Positions 22,901-31,503 of a stretch of DNA of 32,000 nucleotides are shown here, piece by piece. The notes below the pieces were generated by a model. It worked only from the letters and a program-made list of their open reading frames with translations, did not search any database and had not been told where the DNA came from. Position 1 is the stretch's first letter. Each line of letters begins with the position of its first letter. The stretch is from Methylorubrum extorquens (lineage in GTDB: Bacteria; Pseudomonadota; Alphaproteobacteria; Rhizobiales; Beijerinckiaceae). Position numbers and translations under genes: made by a program. The stretch covers positions 3,750,001 through 3,782,000 of the forward strand of contig LT962688.1 in the NCBI GenBank assembly GCA_900234795.1, given 5' to 3'.

Positions 22901-23147
22901 CGTCCGCCCGAAGATGATGACCGTGACGGCCATCATGGCCGGGCTCGTCCCGATCCTCTGGAGCACGGGTGCCGGGTCCGAGGTCATGCAGCGGATCGCG
23001 GTTCCCATGATCGGCGGCATGGTCTCCTCGACGGTGTTGACGCTGATCGTGATCCCGGCGGTCTACGCCCTGGTGAAGGGCCGCGGGCTGCCGCCCACGA
23101 CGGCGGTGGCGGAGAGGGGCACGCAGACGCCGATGGCTGCGGCATGA
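19986..23147 (+). CDS. cusA: Cu(I)/Ag(I) efflux RND permease, CusA type
   Basis: [36 protein letters not shown] and [19 protein letters not shown] follow E. coli CusA as I recall it. TM4 is [21 protein letters not shown]. The methionine-triad contexts are conserved: [32 protein letters not shown]. Confidence 0.95.
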   Translation: [1053 protein letters not shown]

Positions 23148-23167
23148 GAGACCGAGAGGAGCGAACG

Positions 23168-23647
23168 ATGAAGGCTGACAGGATGCCGTCGCGCCGGACC
23201 ATGCTCATGGGTCTGGCGGTCGGGCTGGCCATGGAGCGGCAGGCGCTCGCCGCCGCCTTGCCCGAGGTGGCGGTGACCAAGGACCCGAGCTGCGGCTGCT
23301 GCGAGAAGTGGGTGGCCCACCTGCGCGAGGCCGGCTTCACGGTGACGGTGACCGAGGGCCCCGTGAACCCGGTCAAGGCGCGCCTCGGCGTGCCGCGGGA
23401 CCTCGCCTCCTGCCACACCGCCCTCGTCGGCCGCTACGTGGTTGAGGGGCACGTCCCGGCCGGTGCGATCAAGCGCCTGCTCGCGGAGAAGCCCAAGGCA
23501 ACGGGTCTGGCGGTCCCGGGCATGCCGGTCGGCTCGCCCGGGATGGAGGTCGATGGCGTGGAACCGGAAGCCTACGAGGTCGTCTTGTTCGGACCCGAGG
23601 GGCGTAGCGCGTTCGCGCGGTACCGCGGGGACAAGGCGCAGTCGTAA
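23168..23647 (+). CDS. copG: DUF411 / CopG-like periplasmic copper protein with Tat-type signal
   Basis: SD GAGGAG. SRRTMLMGLAVGLA twin-arginine-like signal. CGCCEKW (CxCC) motif, HVPAGAIKRLL, GLAVPGMPVGSPGME. Confidence 0.85.
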   Translation: MKADRMPSRRTMLMGLAVGLAMERQALAAALPEVAVTKDPSCGCCEKWVAHLREAGFTVTVTEGPVNPVKARLGVPRDLASCHTALVGRYVVEGHVPAGAIKRLLAEKPKATGLAVPGMPVGSPGMEVDGVEPEAYEVVLFGPEGRSAFARYRGDKAQS

Positions 23648-23664
23648 GGACCTCGGACGCCGGC

Positions 23665-24243
23665 TTGCCTCGAACGATGCGAGGCATGCCTGCCTCCAGA
23701 AGACGCGGGTTGAGGATGACAGCTACCTACAGGTCGCCCCGCGAGAGGGTCGCCATGCATGAGCTCGGCCACGGGGCCACGTTCCACCTGCTCTACGGCC
23801 GGACTGAGCCCGTCTTCGTTTTCACTATGGACGGCGAGTACGGCGGCTACATGCCGATACCCGAGATCAATCCCCTCGGCCGTCCGCCCCAATCCCGTGA
23901 GGACTGGCGGGGCATCATGGCGTGGACGTTTGGAGGTTGGGCCGCGGTCCACCTGGCGATCCGGCAGGGACGGCTACCCGACGCACCCGAGGCTTGCCCG
24001 GGAAATATCGGCTACCTCGGTCCGCATCCGATGGACGAGGCCTTGATCCGGCAGCATGCCGCCGAGAGTGGGGTTCAGGACCCCGATGTCCTCGTCGCCG
24101 AGGCCCGGACGCTGGCGCTCGACCTGCTCCGGCCGCACATGCCCAAGCTTTGGCCGCTCGCGGAACTCACCGCAAGCAGGGGGTTCGCGGATCCGCCGGA
24201 AATCGCGCAAGCGTGCATGGCACAGACGGACGACCCCAATTGA
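23665..24243 (+). CDS. Hypothetical HExxH metallopeptidase-like protein (FtsH/M41-core-like); start uncertain
   Basis: VAMHELGHGATFHLLYGRTEPVFVFTMDGEYGGYMPIP resembles the HEAGHA...IIPRG..LG core of M41 protease domains. G/C third positions are coding-like. Candidate starts are TTG 23665, ATG 23677/23686/23716. Confidence 0.5.
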   Translation: MPRTMRGMPASRRRGLRMTATYRSPRERVAMHELGHGATFHLLYGRTEPVFVFTMDGEYGGYMPIPEINPLGRPPQSREDWRGIMAWTFGGWAAVHLAIRQGRLPDAPEACPGNIGYLGPHPMDEALIRQHAAESGVQDPDVLVAEARTLALDLLRPHMPKLWPLAELTASRGFADPPEIAQACMAQTDDPN

Positions 24244-24309
24244 CCATGGGCTCCTACCGCGGACGACCTTCCGCTGGTGGACGTTCCCGCGGACACCGCG
24301 TTCCAGCCC

Positions 24310-24340
24310 TTGACCTTCCCATTATGGGAAGCTCCATCTG
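24310..24340 (+). promoter_or_regulatory. CueR-type MerR promoter/operator
   Basis: TTGACC (24310-15), 19-nt spacer with ACCTTCC-N7-GGAAGCT (palindrome CTTCCCAT-T-ATGGGAAG, 24315-24331), -10 CATCTG, 28 nt before the copZ ATG. The upstream flank cgcgttccagccc matches 17464-17476. Confidence 0.6.
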
Positions 24341-24367
24341 GTCGGGACGCCATCACAGGAGAGCGTC

Positions 24368-24580
24368 ATGTTCCGCTACAAGGTCGACAAGATGGGCTGC
24401 GGCGGCTGCGCCAAGTCCGTGAACCGCGCCGTCCTCGGCATCGAGCCGAACGCACGGGTCGAGGTGGACCTGGGGGGCAAACTCGTGACCGTATCCGGCG
24501 CCGCCGGCCCGGCCGATCGCATCGCCCAGGCCATCACGGCTGCCGGCTATCCGGCCACGCCGCTGCTCGCGGCGGCTTGA
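24368..24580 (+). CDS. copZ: CopZ-like HMA-domain copper chaperone (70 aa)
   Basis: SD AGGAGA. MFRYKVDKMGCGGCAKSVNRAV carries the MxCxxC motif in a ferredoxin-like HMA layout. Confidence 0.85.
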   Translation: MFRYKVDKMGCGGCAKSVNRAVLGIEPNARVEVDLGGKLVTVSGAAGPADRIAQAITAAGYPATPLLAAA

Positions 24581-24671
24581 AACGCCGCGCCGGAAACCAA
24601 ACGTGCCTACGAACATTCACGTCTCAACGGTGGACATAGTCCCGCCACCGAAAACGGTGTAAGCCAGCCCC

Positions 24672-25139
24672 ATGAGCCTCGACCGGCAAATCGTGCGCCT
24701 GATGGCGGCGATGATCTTCGCGATCATCGCCTACGTCGCGCCGTCCGCCGTCCAGGCCCACGAGGGGCACGCGCACCACGGCCACCACGTGGCCGTGACG
24801 CAGCACAAGGCAGTCCCGGCGACGGTCAAGGCCGCGGGGACGGTGCCCCCCAAGCCGGCTATCCGGGCAGAGGCGCCGCCCCGGTTCAAGGTCGCGCTCC
24901 CGGTTGCCGCCGTCGAGCCCGCCCGCATCGAGGCGGACCAGGACGGCAGCTGCTGCCCCGGGCCCTGCAAGGCCCGTTGCTGCGGGCCGATGGCCTGCTG
25001 CGCGACCGGCATCTTGTCCGGCCCCTCCGCCCTGTCCCCGTCCCTGTTCCGGACCGTCACGCTGATCCCGCGCGACGTCTCCGGACGCGCCGGCACCGGC
25101 CCCGAGGCCCTGCCCAAGCCCCCACGAACCCTCGCGTGA
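24672..25139 (+). CDS. Small membrane-anchored His/Cys-rich protein with C-terminal PKPPRTLA tail
   Basis: TM segment LMAAMIFAIIAYVAPSAVQA, then HEGHAHHGHHVAVTQH, the Cys cluster GSCCPGPCKARCCGPMACCATG, and the tail LPKPPRTLA. Lies upstream of the third adaptor/RND pair. Start is uncertain (no clear SD). Confidence 0.55.
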   Translation: MSLDRQIVRLMAAMIFAIIAYVAPSAVQAHEGHAHHGHHVAVTQHKAVPATVKAAGTVPPKPAIRAEAPPRFKVALPVAAVEPARIEADQDGSCCPGPCKARCCGPMACCATGILSGPSALSPSLFRTVTLIPRDVSGRAGTGPEALPKPPRTLA

Positions 25140-25228
25140 GATGAGGCGCGCCTGAGGCGCGCGACACCCGGATTGCGTCCGCGAACGGCGGCGCGCGTCC
25201 GGCATCCCCGACGCGAGGATTCCTGTTC

Positions 25229-26968
25229 ATGTCGACCCGATTTGCCGCCGCCCTGGGCGCGGTGGCGCTGCTTGCCGCCGTCCTGGCGGGGCCCGCGCAT
25301 GCCCATGGCGGGCACGACCACGGCGCGGCTCCGCCCCCCGTCTCGAAGACCATCGCCCCCCGCGGCGAGGCCCTGTCAGACGCCTTCGAGCTCGTCGCCA
25401 TCCCGCGCGACGGCACCCTGACGCTCTACCTCGACCGCTTCCGGACGAACGAGCCGGTGCCGGGCGCCACCATCGAGGTCGAGACGCCCGAGGGCCCCAG
25501 GACCGCGACGGCCACGCAGGAGGGGGGCTACGTCTTGCCGGCGCCGTGGCTGTCGAAGCCAGGCCGCCACGACCTCGTGGCGACCGTCACGGCCGGAGAC
25601 GCCGTCGACGTGCTCACCGTTGCCGTCACCGTGCCCGACCCGAAGGTCGCCGCGGCCGCCGCACCTGCCAAGCCCGCTCCGGCGCAGGCTGCCCTGGCGC
25701 GCGTCTCCGAGGTCGCTCATGGCGTCAGGGAGCGGCTGACGGCCAAGGACCCGAACCTGGTGGCCGCGGTCGCCGCCGCCTTCCTGCTCGGCGTGCTCGT
25801 GGCCGGGCTCGCGCGTGGCCGCCGTGGCGCTCCGGCCGTGGCGCTGCTGGCGATCGGCATCACCATCGTCCTCGGCACCGCCGCCTTCGCGCATGGCGAT
25901 GAGGATCATGGCGCGCCCGTGCAGGGGGCCGCCCTGATCGAGCCAAGCCCCGTCGCGCCGTCTTCGTCGGACTTGGCGCAGCGACTGCCCGATGGCTCCG
26001 TGTTCGTGCCCAAGCCGACACAGCGGCTACTGGTCCTGCGCACGACCATGACCGAGCAGGGCAGCTTCCACCGCTCGGTCGAGCTGCCGGGCCGCATCAT
26101 CCCGGACCCGAACGCCAGCGGCGTCGTGCAGTCCTCCGTCGGCGGCCGCCTGTCGCCACCGCCCTCCGGACTGTTCCCGCGCCTCGGAACGAAGGTGCGC
26201 AAGGGTGATGTGCTCGCCACGGTGACGCCGCCGGTCCAGGCCGTCGACGTCTCCGACATGCGCCAGCGCCAGGGCGAGCTCGACCAGCAGATCGCCATCG
26301 TCGAGCGCCGGGTCGACCGCTACCGGAAGCTCGCCACCACCGGCGCAGTCGCCACGACCCAGCTCGACGACGCGGTCGCGGAGCTCAACGGCCTGCACGA
26401 CCGCCGCGCCGCCCTCGACAAAGCCCGGCAGCAGCCCGAGACCCTGGTAGCGCCCGTGGACGGCGTCGTCGCACAGGCGACCGCGGTGGCCGGCCAGATG
26501 GCGGCGCCCGGCGCCATGGTCTTCCAGATCGTCGACCCGAACCGCCTCTGGGTCGAGGCGCTGAGCTTCGACGCCCTGACGGCGGCGCAGGACGCCACGG
26601 CGCGCTTCGCCGACGGGCGGACCCTTAAGCTGGCCTACCAGGGCACCGGTCTCGCCGACCGCAACCAAGCCATCCCCGTCCAGTTCGCGATCCAGGGCGA
26701 CGCCTCAGGCCTGCGGGTCGGCCAGTTCGTCACCGTCCTGGCCGGCACCGACGCGGAGCAGTCCGGCCTGGCGCTGCCGCGCTCGGCCGTCGTGCGCACC
26801 GGCAACGGGCAGGACGTCGTCTACGAGCACACCACCGCCGAGCGCTTCGAGGCGCGGCCCGTCCGGGTCGAGCCGCTCGACGGCGGCCGCGTGCTGGTCG
26901 CCGAGGGGATCGGTCCAGGCAAGCGGGTCGTGACCCAGGGCGCCGAGCTCCTCGACCAGGTCCGCTGA
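25229..26968 (+). CDS. RND periplasmic adaptor with an N-terminal extra periplasmic domain and TM hairpin
   Basis: Signal peptide ...LAGPAHA|HGGHDHG, then a ~150-aa domain ([33 protein letters not shown]...). Two TM segments follow ([19 protein letters not shown]; [18 protein letters not shown]), then HGDEDHG and a typical adaptor body ([15 protein letters not shown]..., coiled coil, VVTQGAELL). Confidence 0.85.
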   Translation: MSTRFAAALGAVALLAAVLAGPAHAHGGHDHGAAPPPVSKTIAPRGEALSDAFELVAIPRDGTLTLYLDRFRTNEPVPGATIEVETPEGPRTATATQEGGYVLPAPWLSKPGRHDLVATVTAGDAVDVLTVAVTVPDPKVAAAAAPAKPAPAQAALARVSEVAHGVRERLTAKDPNLVAAVAAAFLLGVLVAGLARGRRGAPAVALLAIGITIVLGTAAFAHGDEDHGAPVQGAALIEPSPVAPSSSDLAQRLPDGSVFVPKPTQRLLVLRTTMTEQGSFHRSVELPGRIIPDPNASGVVQSSVGGRLSPPPSGLFPRLGTKVRKGDVLATVTPPVQAVDVSDMRQRQGELDQQIAIVERRVDRYRKLATTGAVATTQLDDAVAELNGLHDRRAALDKARQQPETLVAPVDGVVAQATAVAGQMAAPGAMVFQIVDPNRLWVEALSFDALTAAQDATARFADGRTLKLAYQGTGLADRNQAIPVQFAIQGDASGLRVGQFVTVLAGTDAEQSGLALPRSAVVRTGNGQDVVYEHTTAERFEARPVRVEPLDGGRVLVAEGIGPGKRVVTQGAELLDQVR

Positions 26969-26981
26969 GAAGGCCGCCCCG

Positions 26982-29900
26982 ATGTTCACCTTTCTCGTCA
27001 GTCAGTCGGTCCGCAACCGCCTGCTCGTCCTGGCCATGGCAACAGTGCTGGTGCTCTACGGCGCCTTCACCGCGACCAAGCTGCCGGTCGACGTCTTCCC
27101 CGACCTCAACAAGCCGACCGTCACCATCATGACGGAGGCGGAGGGCTACGCGCCCCAGGAGGTCGAGCAACTCGTCACCTACCCCATCGAGACCCGCATG
27201 AACGGGCTGCCGGGGGTGACCCGCGTGCGCTCGGTCTCGGGTGTGGGCCTGTCCATCACCTACGTCGAGTTCGACTGGGGCACGGACATCTACCGGAATC
27301 GCCAGCAGGTCGCGGAGCGGCTGTCGCTGGTGCAGGACCAGCTTCCTCGCGGCGTGACCCCGGTGATGGGGCCGATCTCCTCCATCATGGGCCAGATCCT
27401 GCTGGTGGCGGTCACCAGCGAGACCGCCAGCCCGATGCAGGTGCGCGAGGTCGCCGACTTCACCATCCGCCCGCGGCTGCTGACCATCCCGGGCGTCGCG
27501 CAGGTCATCCCCATCGGGGGCGAGGTGCGCCAGTTCCGAGTCAGCCCGAACCCGGCCGCCATGCGCTCGCTTGGGGTGACGAACGCCCAGCTTGAGACGG
27601 CGCTCACCCAGTTCGGCACGAACGCTGGCGGCGGCTTCACCGACCAGCATTCGCGCGAGTACCTGATCCGGAACATCGGCCGGACCATGAGCCTCGACGA
27701 CCTGCGCAACCTCGTGGTCGCGACGGTCGCCGACACGCCGGTCCACCTGCGCCAGGTCGCCGAGGTGTCCTTCGCGGCCCGGGTTAAGCGCGGCGACGCC
27801 GGCTACATGGCCAAGCCCTCGGTCATCGTCTCGGTCGAGAAGCAGCCGGACGTCGACACGGTGCGGCTCACCCGCAGCATCCAGACGGCGCTGAAGGAGC
27901 TCAACCCGAACCTGCCCGGCGGCATCAAGGCCGACCAGGTCCTGTTCCGGCAGGCCGACTTCATCGAGACCTCGATCCGCAACGTCGAGCGGGTCCTCGT
28001 CGAGGCCGTGCTGGTGGTGGCGGTGGTGCTGTTCGCCTTCCTCTTGAACGTGCGCACCACGGCCATCTCGTTGCTGGCCATCCCGGTCTCGGTGCTGACC
28101 ACCGCGGTGGTGTTCCACCTGTTCGGGCTGTCCATCAACACCATGACGCTCGGCGGCCTCGCCATCGCCATCGGCGAGCTCGTCGACGACGCGGTGGTGG
28201 ACGTCGAGAACATCTACCGCCGCCTGGGCGAGAACCGGCGGGCGGGCAACCCGCGCTCGGTCTTCGAGGTGGTGGTCTCCGCCTCCAACGAGGTCCGCTC
28301 CGGCATCGTCTACGCGACGCTGATCATCATCCTGGTGTTCGTGCCGCTCTTCGCGCTGTCTGGCATCGAGGGCCGGCTCTTCGCCCCGCTCGGGCAGGCC
28401 TACATCATCTCCATCCTGGCGAGCCTGCTCACCTCCATCACCCTGACCCCGGTGCTGGCCTCGCTGCTGCTGCCGGGTCTCAAGAACCTGGAGGAGCACG
28501 ACAGCCGCTTCCTCAAGCTGCTCAAGCGGGGCAACGCCGCCCTGCTGCGGGTCGCCTTCCGGCACAAGGGCCTTCTGGTCGGCACCGTCGCGGTCGCGGT
28601 AGTCGCCGCGGGCGTCGCCGCCTGGAACCTGCCGCGGGCCTTCCTGCCGCCCTTCAACGAGGGGTCCTTCACGGTCAACATGACCTTCAACCCCGGCATC
28701 TCACTGGCAGAGAGCAACCGGGTCGGGCTGATCGCTGAAAAACTGCTGCTGGACATCCCGGGCGTGAAGGCGGTCGGGCGCCGCACCGGCCGGGCCGAGC
28801 TCGATGAGCACGCCGAGGGCGTCCACTCCTCCGAGATCGAAGTGGCGCTCGACGAGGACTCGAAGCGGCCGAAGGAGGCACTCGTCACCGACATCCGCGG
28901 GCGCCTCGCGGCCCTGCCGGTGGCGGTCAACGTCGGCCAGCCGATCTCGCACCGCCTCGACCACATGCTCTCGGGCGTGCGGGCCGAGATCGCGCTCAAG
29001 GTGTTCGGCGAGGACCTCGACGCCCTGCGCCGGGTCGCCAACTCGCTTCGCGAGCGGATGGCCTCGATTCCGGGCCTCGTCGACCTGCAGGTCGAGCGGC
29101 AGGTGCGCATCCCGCAGTTGGAGGTGCGCGTCGACTACACCCGGGCGGCTCTGTACGGGGTTCAGCCGGCCGCGGTGGTCGAGCAGATCAGCCGCCTCTC
29201 GAATGGGCGCGTGGTCTCGACGGTGGTCGACGGCGTGCGCCGCTTCGACGTGGTCCTGCGCCTGTCCGAGAACCGCCGAACGACGACGGGGCTCGGGGAC
29301 CTGCTGCTGGAGACGCCCTCCGGCTGGGTCCCGGCGCGGCAGGTCGCCGACATCCGCGAGACGGACGGCCCGAACCAGATCCTGCGCGAGAACGCCCGGC
29401 GCCGCATCGTCGTCCAGGCCAACACCAACGGCGAGAGCGACATGGCCACGGTCGTGGCGGCCATACGCGAGGCCGTGGCGAAAGAGCCGATGCCGCCGGG
29501 CTTCTTCACCAGCCTGGAGGGCACCTTCCAGGCGCAGGAGGAGGCGAGCCGGACCATCGCGGCGCTCTCGGCGCTGTCCTTGGCGCTGGTGTTCGCCATC
29601 CTCTACAGCCGCTACCGCTCGGCCGCGCTCGCCCTCATCATCATGGGCAACGTCCCGCTGGCGCTGATCGGCTCGGTGGCGGCCCTGTGGCTGGTCGGCC
29701 AGCCCCTCTCGGTGGCGTCGATGATCGGCTTCATCACGCTGACCGGCATCGCCGCGCGCAACGGCATCCTGAAGATCAGCCACTACCTGAACCTGTCGCT
29801 CCACGAGGGGGTCTTGTTCGGGCCCGACCTCGTGGTCCGCGGCAGCCTGGAGCGGCTGACACCGGTGCTGATGACGGCCCTCTCGGCCGGCGTGGCGCTG

Positions 29901-30131
29901 GTGCCGCTGCTCTACGACGCGGCGAGCCCGGGCAAGGAGATCCTGCACCCCGTCGCGGTGACGATCTTCGGCGGGCTCGTCAGCGCGACGCTGCTCGACA
30001 CCTTCCTGACCCCCGTCCTGTTCCTGCGCTTCGGTCGCAAGCCGCTTGAGCGGCTGCGCGCCCTCCACGCCGAGGCGCCGGCCCATCCATCCCCGGACGG
30101 CGCCCGCGCTCGCCCGGCCGAGGCCTACTGA
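26982..30131 (+). CDS. Heavy-metal efflux RND permease, CusA/CzcA superfamily, divergent third class
   Basis: 1049 aa. [39 protein letters not shown]4 is [21 protein letters not shown] (AIG..DDA, unlike DFG..DGA or AVG..DAA). C-terminal [26 protein letters not shown]. Confidence 0.93.
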   Translation: MFTFLVSQSVRNRLLVLAMATVLVLYGAFTATKLPVDVFPDLNKPTVTIMTEAEGYAPQEVEQLVTYPIETRMNGLPGVTRVRSVSGVGLSITYVEFDWGTDIYRNRQQVAERLSLVQDQLPRGVTPVMGPISSIMGQILLVAVTSETASPMQVREVADFTIRPRLLTIPGVAQVIPIGGEVRQFRVSPNPAAMRSLGVTNAQLETALTQFGTNAGGGFTDQHSREYLIRNIGRTMSLDDLRNLVVATVADTPVHLRQVAEVSFAARVKRGDAGYMAKPSVIVSVEKQPDVDTVRLTRSIQTALKELNPNLPGGIKADQVLFRQADFIETSIRNVERVLVEAVLVVAVVLFAFLLNVRTTAISLLAIPVSVLTTAVVFHLFGLSINTMTLGGLAIAIGELVDDAVVDVENIYRRLGENRRAGNPRSVFEVVVSASNEVRSGIVYATLIIILVFVPLFALSGIEGRLFAPLGQAYIISILASLLTSITLTPVLASLLLPGLKNLEEHDSRFLKLLKRGNAALLRVAFRHKGLLVGTVAVAVVAAGVAAWNLPRAFLPPFNEGSFTVNMTFNPGISLAESNRVGLIAEKLLLDIPGVKAVGRRTGRAELDEHAEGVHSSEIEVALDEDSKRPKEALVTDIRGRLAALPVAVNVGQPISHRLDHMLSGVRAEIALKVFGEDLDALRRVANSLRERMASIPGLVDLQVERQVRIPQLEVRVDYTRAALYGVQPAAVVEQISRLSNGRVVSTVVDGVRRFDVVLRLSENRRTTTGLGDLLLETPSGWVPARQVADIRETDGPNQILRENARRRIVVQANTNGESDMATVVAAIREAVAKEPMPPGFFTSLEGTFQAQEEASRTIAALSALSLALVFAILYSRYRSAALALIIMGNVPLALIGSVAALWLVGQPLSVASMIGFITLTGIAARNGILKISHYLNLSLHEGVLFGPDLVVRGSLERLTPVLMTALSAGVALVPLLYDAASPGKEILHPVAVTIFGGLVSATLLDTFLTPVLFLRFGRKPLERLRALHAEAPAHPSPDGARARPAEAY

Positions 30132-30153
30132 CCCCCACAACCCAGGAGCCCCC

Positions 30154-30519
30154 ATGATCCTTCCCAGAGTGACCTTGGTCGCGGCGCTGCTCGCCGCGAC
30201 GACCGTCTGCGCCCACGAGACCTCCGGCCAGCACGGCGGCCGGGTGACGGACGCCGGCAAGTTCCACGTCGAGCTCGTCGCCAAGGGCGAGACCGTCGAG
30301 GTGTTCCTGTCCGACGGCGAGCAGAAGCCCGTCGCGGCGGCCGGCTTCAAGGGCACGGCCATCCTCGTCGTCGGCGGCAAGCCGGCCCGCGTGCCGCTGG
30401 AGCCCGCGGACGGCAACCGCCTGTCCGGAAAGGCGGCGGTGGCGCTCGGCGACAGCCCGAAGGGCGCCGTGCAGCTCACCGGCCCGGACGGCGCGACCGC
30501 CAGCGGCAAGTTCAATTGA
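30154..30519 (+). CDS. Small periplasmic beta-sandwich-like protein, paralogue of 12279..12611
   Basis: SD AGGAG 5 nt before ATG 30154. Signal peptide [20 protein letters not shown]|[41 protein letters not shown]...ADGNRLSGK. Confidence 0.65.
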   Translation: MILPRVTLVAALLAATTVCAHETSGQHGGRVTDAGKFHVELVAKGETVEVFLSDGEQKPVAAAGFKGTAILVVGGKPARVPLEPADGNRLSGKAAVALGDSPKGAVQLTGPDGATASGKFN

Positions 30520-30545
30520 CCCCTCGCACCAGGAAGACGCCTTCG

Positions 30546-30935
30546 ATGAAGACCCTGACCACGACCCTCGCCGCCGCAGTCCTGGCCCTCGGCCTGTCGG
30601 GCGTCGCCATGGCGCACGAGAGCCACGACCATGCGGGCCACGGGGCGCACGACCACGCCGCCATGGCCGCGACGGACACGCCCGCCACCAAGGCGTTCCG
30701 GGACGTCGACGCCGAGATGCACCGGAACATGGACATCCGCTACTCGAACGACGTCGACCTCGACTTCGTGCGCGGCATGATCCCCCACCACAAGGGGGCC
30801 GTCGGGATGGCCAAGGTCGCCCTCCAGTATTCCAAGGACCCCGAGATCCGGAAGCTGGCCGAGGACATCATCAAGGCCCAGGACGTCGAGATCGCCCAGA
30901 TGGAGGCCTTCCTCAGGAAGCGCGGCACCAACTGA
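30546..30935 (+). CDS. DUF305 (CopM-like) periplasmic protein with His-rich N-terminus
   Basis: Signal peptide ...GVAMA|[17 protein letters not shown]305 core [20 protein letters not shown]...[16 protein letters not shown]. Confidence 0.85.
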   Translation: MKTLTTTLAAAVLALGLSGVAMAHESHDHAGHGAHDHAAMAATDTPATKAFRDVDAEMHRNMDIRYSNDVDLDFVRGMIPHHKGAVGMAKVALQYSKDPEIRKLAEDIIKAQDVEIAQMEAFLRKRGTN

Positions 30936-30959
30936 GCGTTCGCGTCCGCGCGTAGGCTG

Positions 30960-31019
30960 CTCTCCCGGATACGTGATGCGTCAGAGTATTTATTTCTGAA
31001 CGCATCCGTATCGGGAGAG
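30960..31019. repeat. Long imperfect inverted repeat with AT-rich loop in a low-GC intergenic region
   Basis: ctctcccggatacgtgatgcgtcag (30960-30984) pairs with ctgaacgcatccgtatcgggagag (30996-31019), with two 1-nt indels. Followed by the perfect 10-bp palindrome tgaatattca (31021-31030). Confidence 0.5.
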
Positions 31020-31114
31020 TTGAATATTCAGGCAATGATTGACTGACTTTCATAATACTGAGTCAGCATTCCAGTCATGCCGCAATCCCAGCCACGGATA
31101 GACGGAGATCCTGA

Positions 31115-31447
31115 ATGCACCAGATGTCGAGCGACATGCAGTCCTGCATCGACGAGTGCCTGCGCTGCTACCAGACCTGCCTGGGCATGGCTTCGAACCA
31201 CTGCCTCCCGACCGGGGGCAAGCATGTCGAGCCGGAGCACTTCCGGCTGATGCTGGCCTGCGCGGAGATCTGCCGGACCTCGGCGCATTTCATGCTGCTC
31301 GGGACCTCGCACCACAAGCACACCTGCGCCGAGTGCGCCGACGTCTGCGAGGACTGCGCCCGCAGCTGCGAGCAGGTCGGCGACATGCAGGACTGCGTCG
31401 AGCAGTGCCGCCGCTGCGCCGAGAGCTGCCGGAAGATGGCCGCCTGA
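31115..31447 (+). CDS. Cys-rich four-helix-bundle copper-binding protein (DUF326 / Csp3-like), no signal peptide
   Basis: SD GGAG. Repeated CxxxC-type spacing through four predicted helices: CIDECLRCYQTC, ACAEICRTSAHF, CAECADVCEDCARSC, CVEQCRRCAESC. Confidence 0.85.
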   Translation: MHQMSSDMQSCIDECLRCYQTCLGMASNHCLPTGGKHVEPEHFRLMLACAEICRTSAHFMLLGTSHHKHTCAECADVCEDCARSCEQVGDMQDCVEQCRRCAESCRKMAA

Positions 31448-31503
31448 TCACGACCGGGGCGGCCGAACGGGCCGCTCGCTCCAACAGACCTGAGGAGGCA
31501 AGC

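Noticed and set aside
22526-23167. Long N-terminal extension of ORF 22526..23647
   Set aside because: The extension overlaps the 3' end of cusA in another frame. An internal ATG at 23168 has a GAGGAG SD and starts a Tat-like signal peptide, giving a normal-size DUF411 protein.
26730-30791. 611-aa and 696-aa minus-strand ORFs (26730..28565, 28701..30791)
   Set aside because: They are antisense shadows of the third RND permease and its downstream genes. They have no motifs and an extreme Arg/Gly/Asp/His composition.
31028-31503. Minus-strand ORF 31028..31321 and the 5' extension of ORF 31156..31977
   Set aside because: Both overlap the well-supported Cys-rich four-helix-bundle ORF (31115..31447) in other frames. 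The DUF305 gene has its own GAGGAGG SD and signal peptide at 31504.
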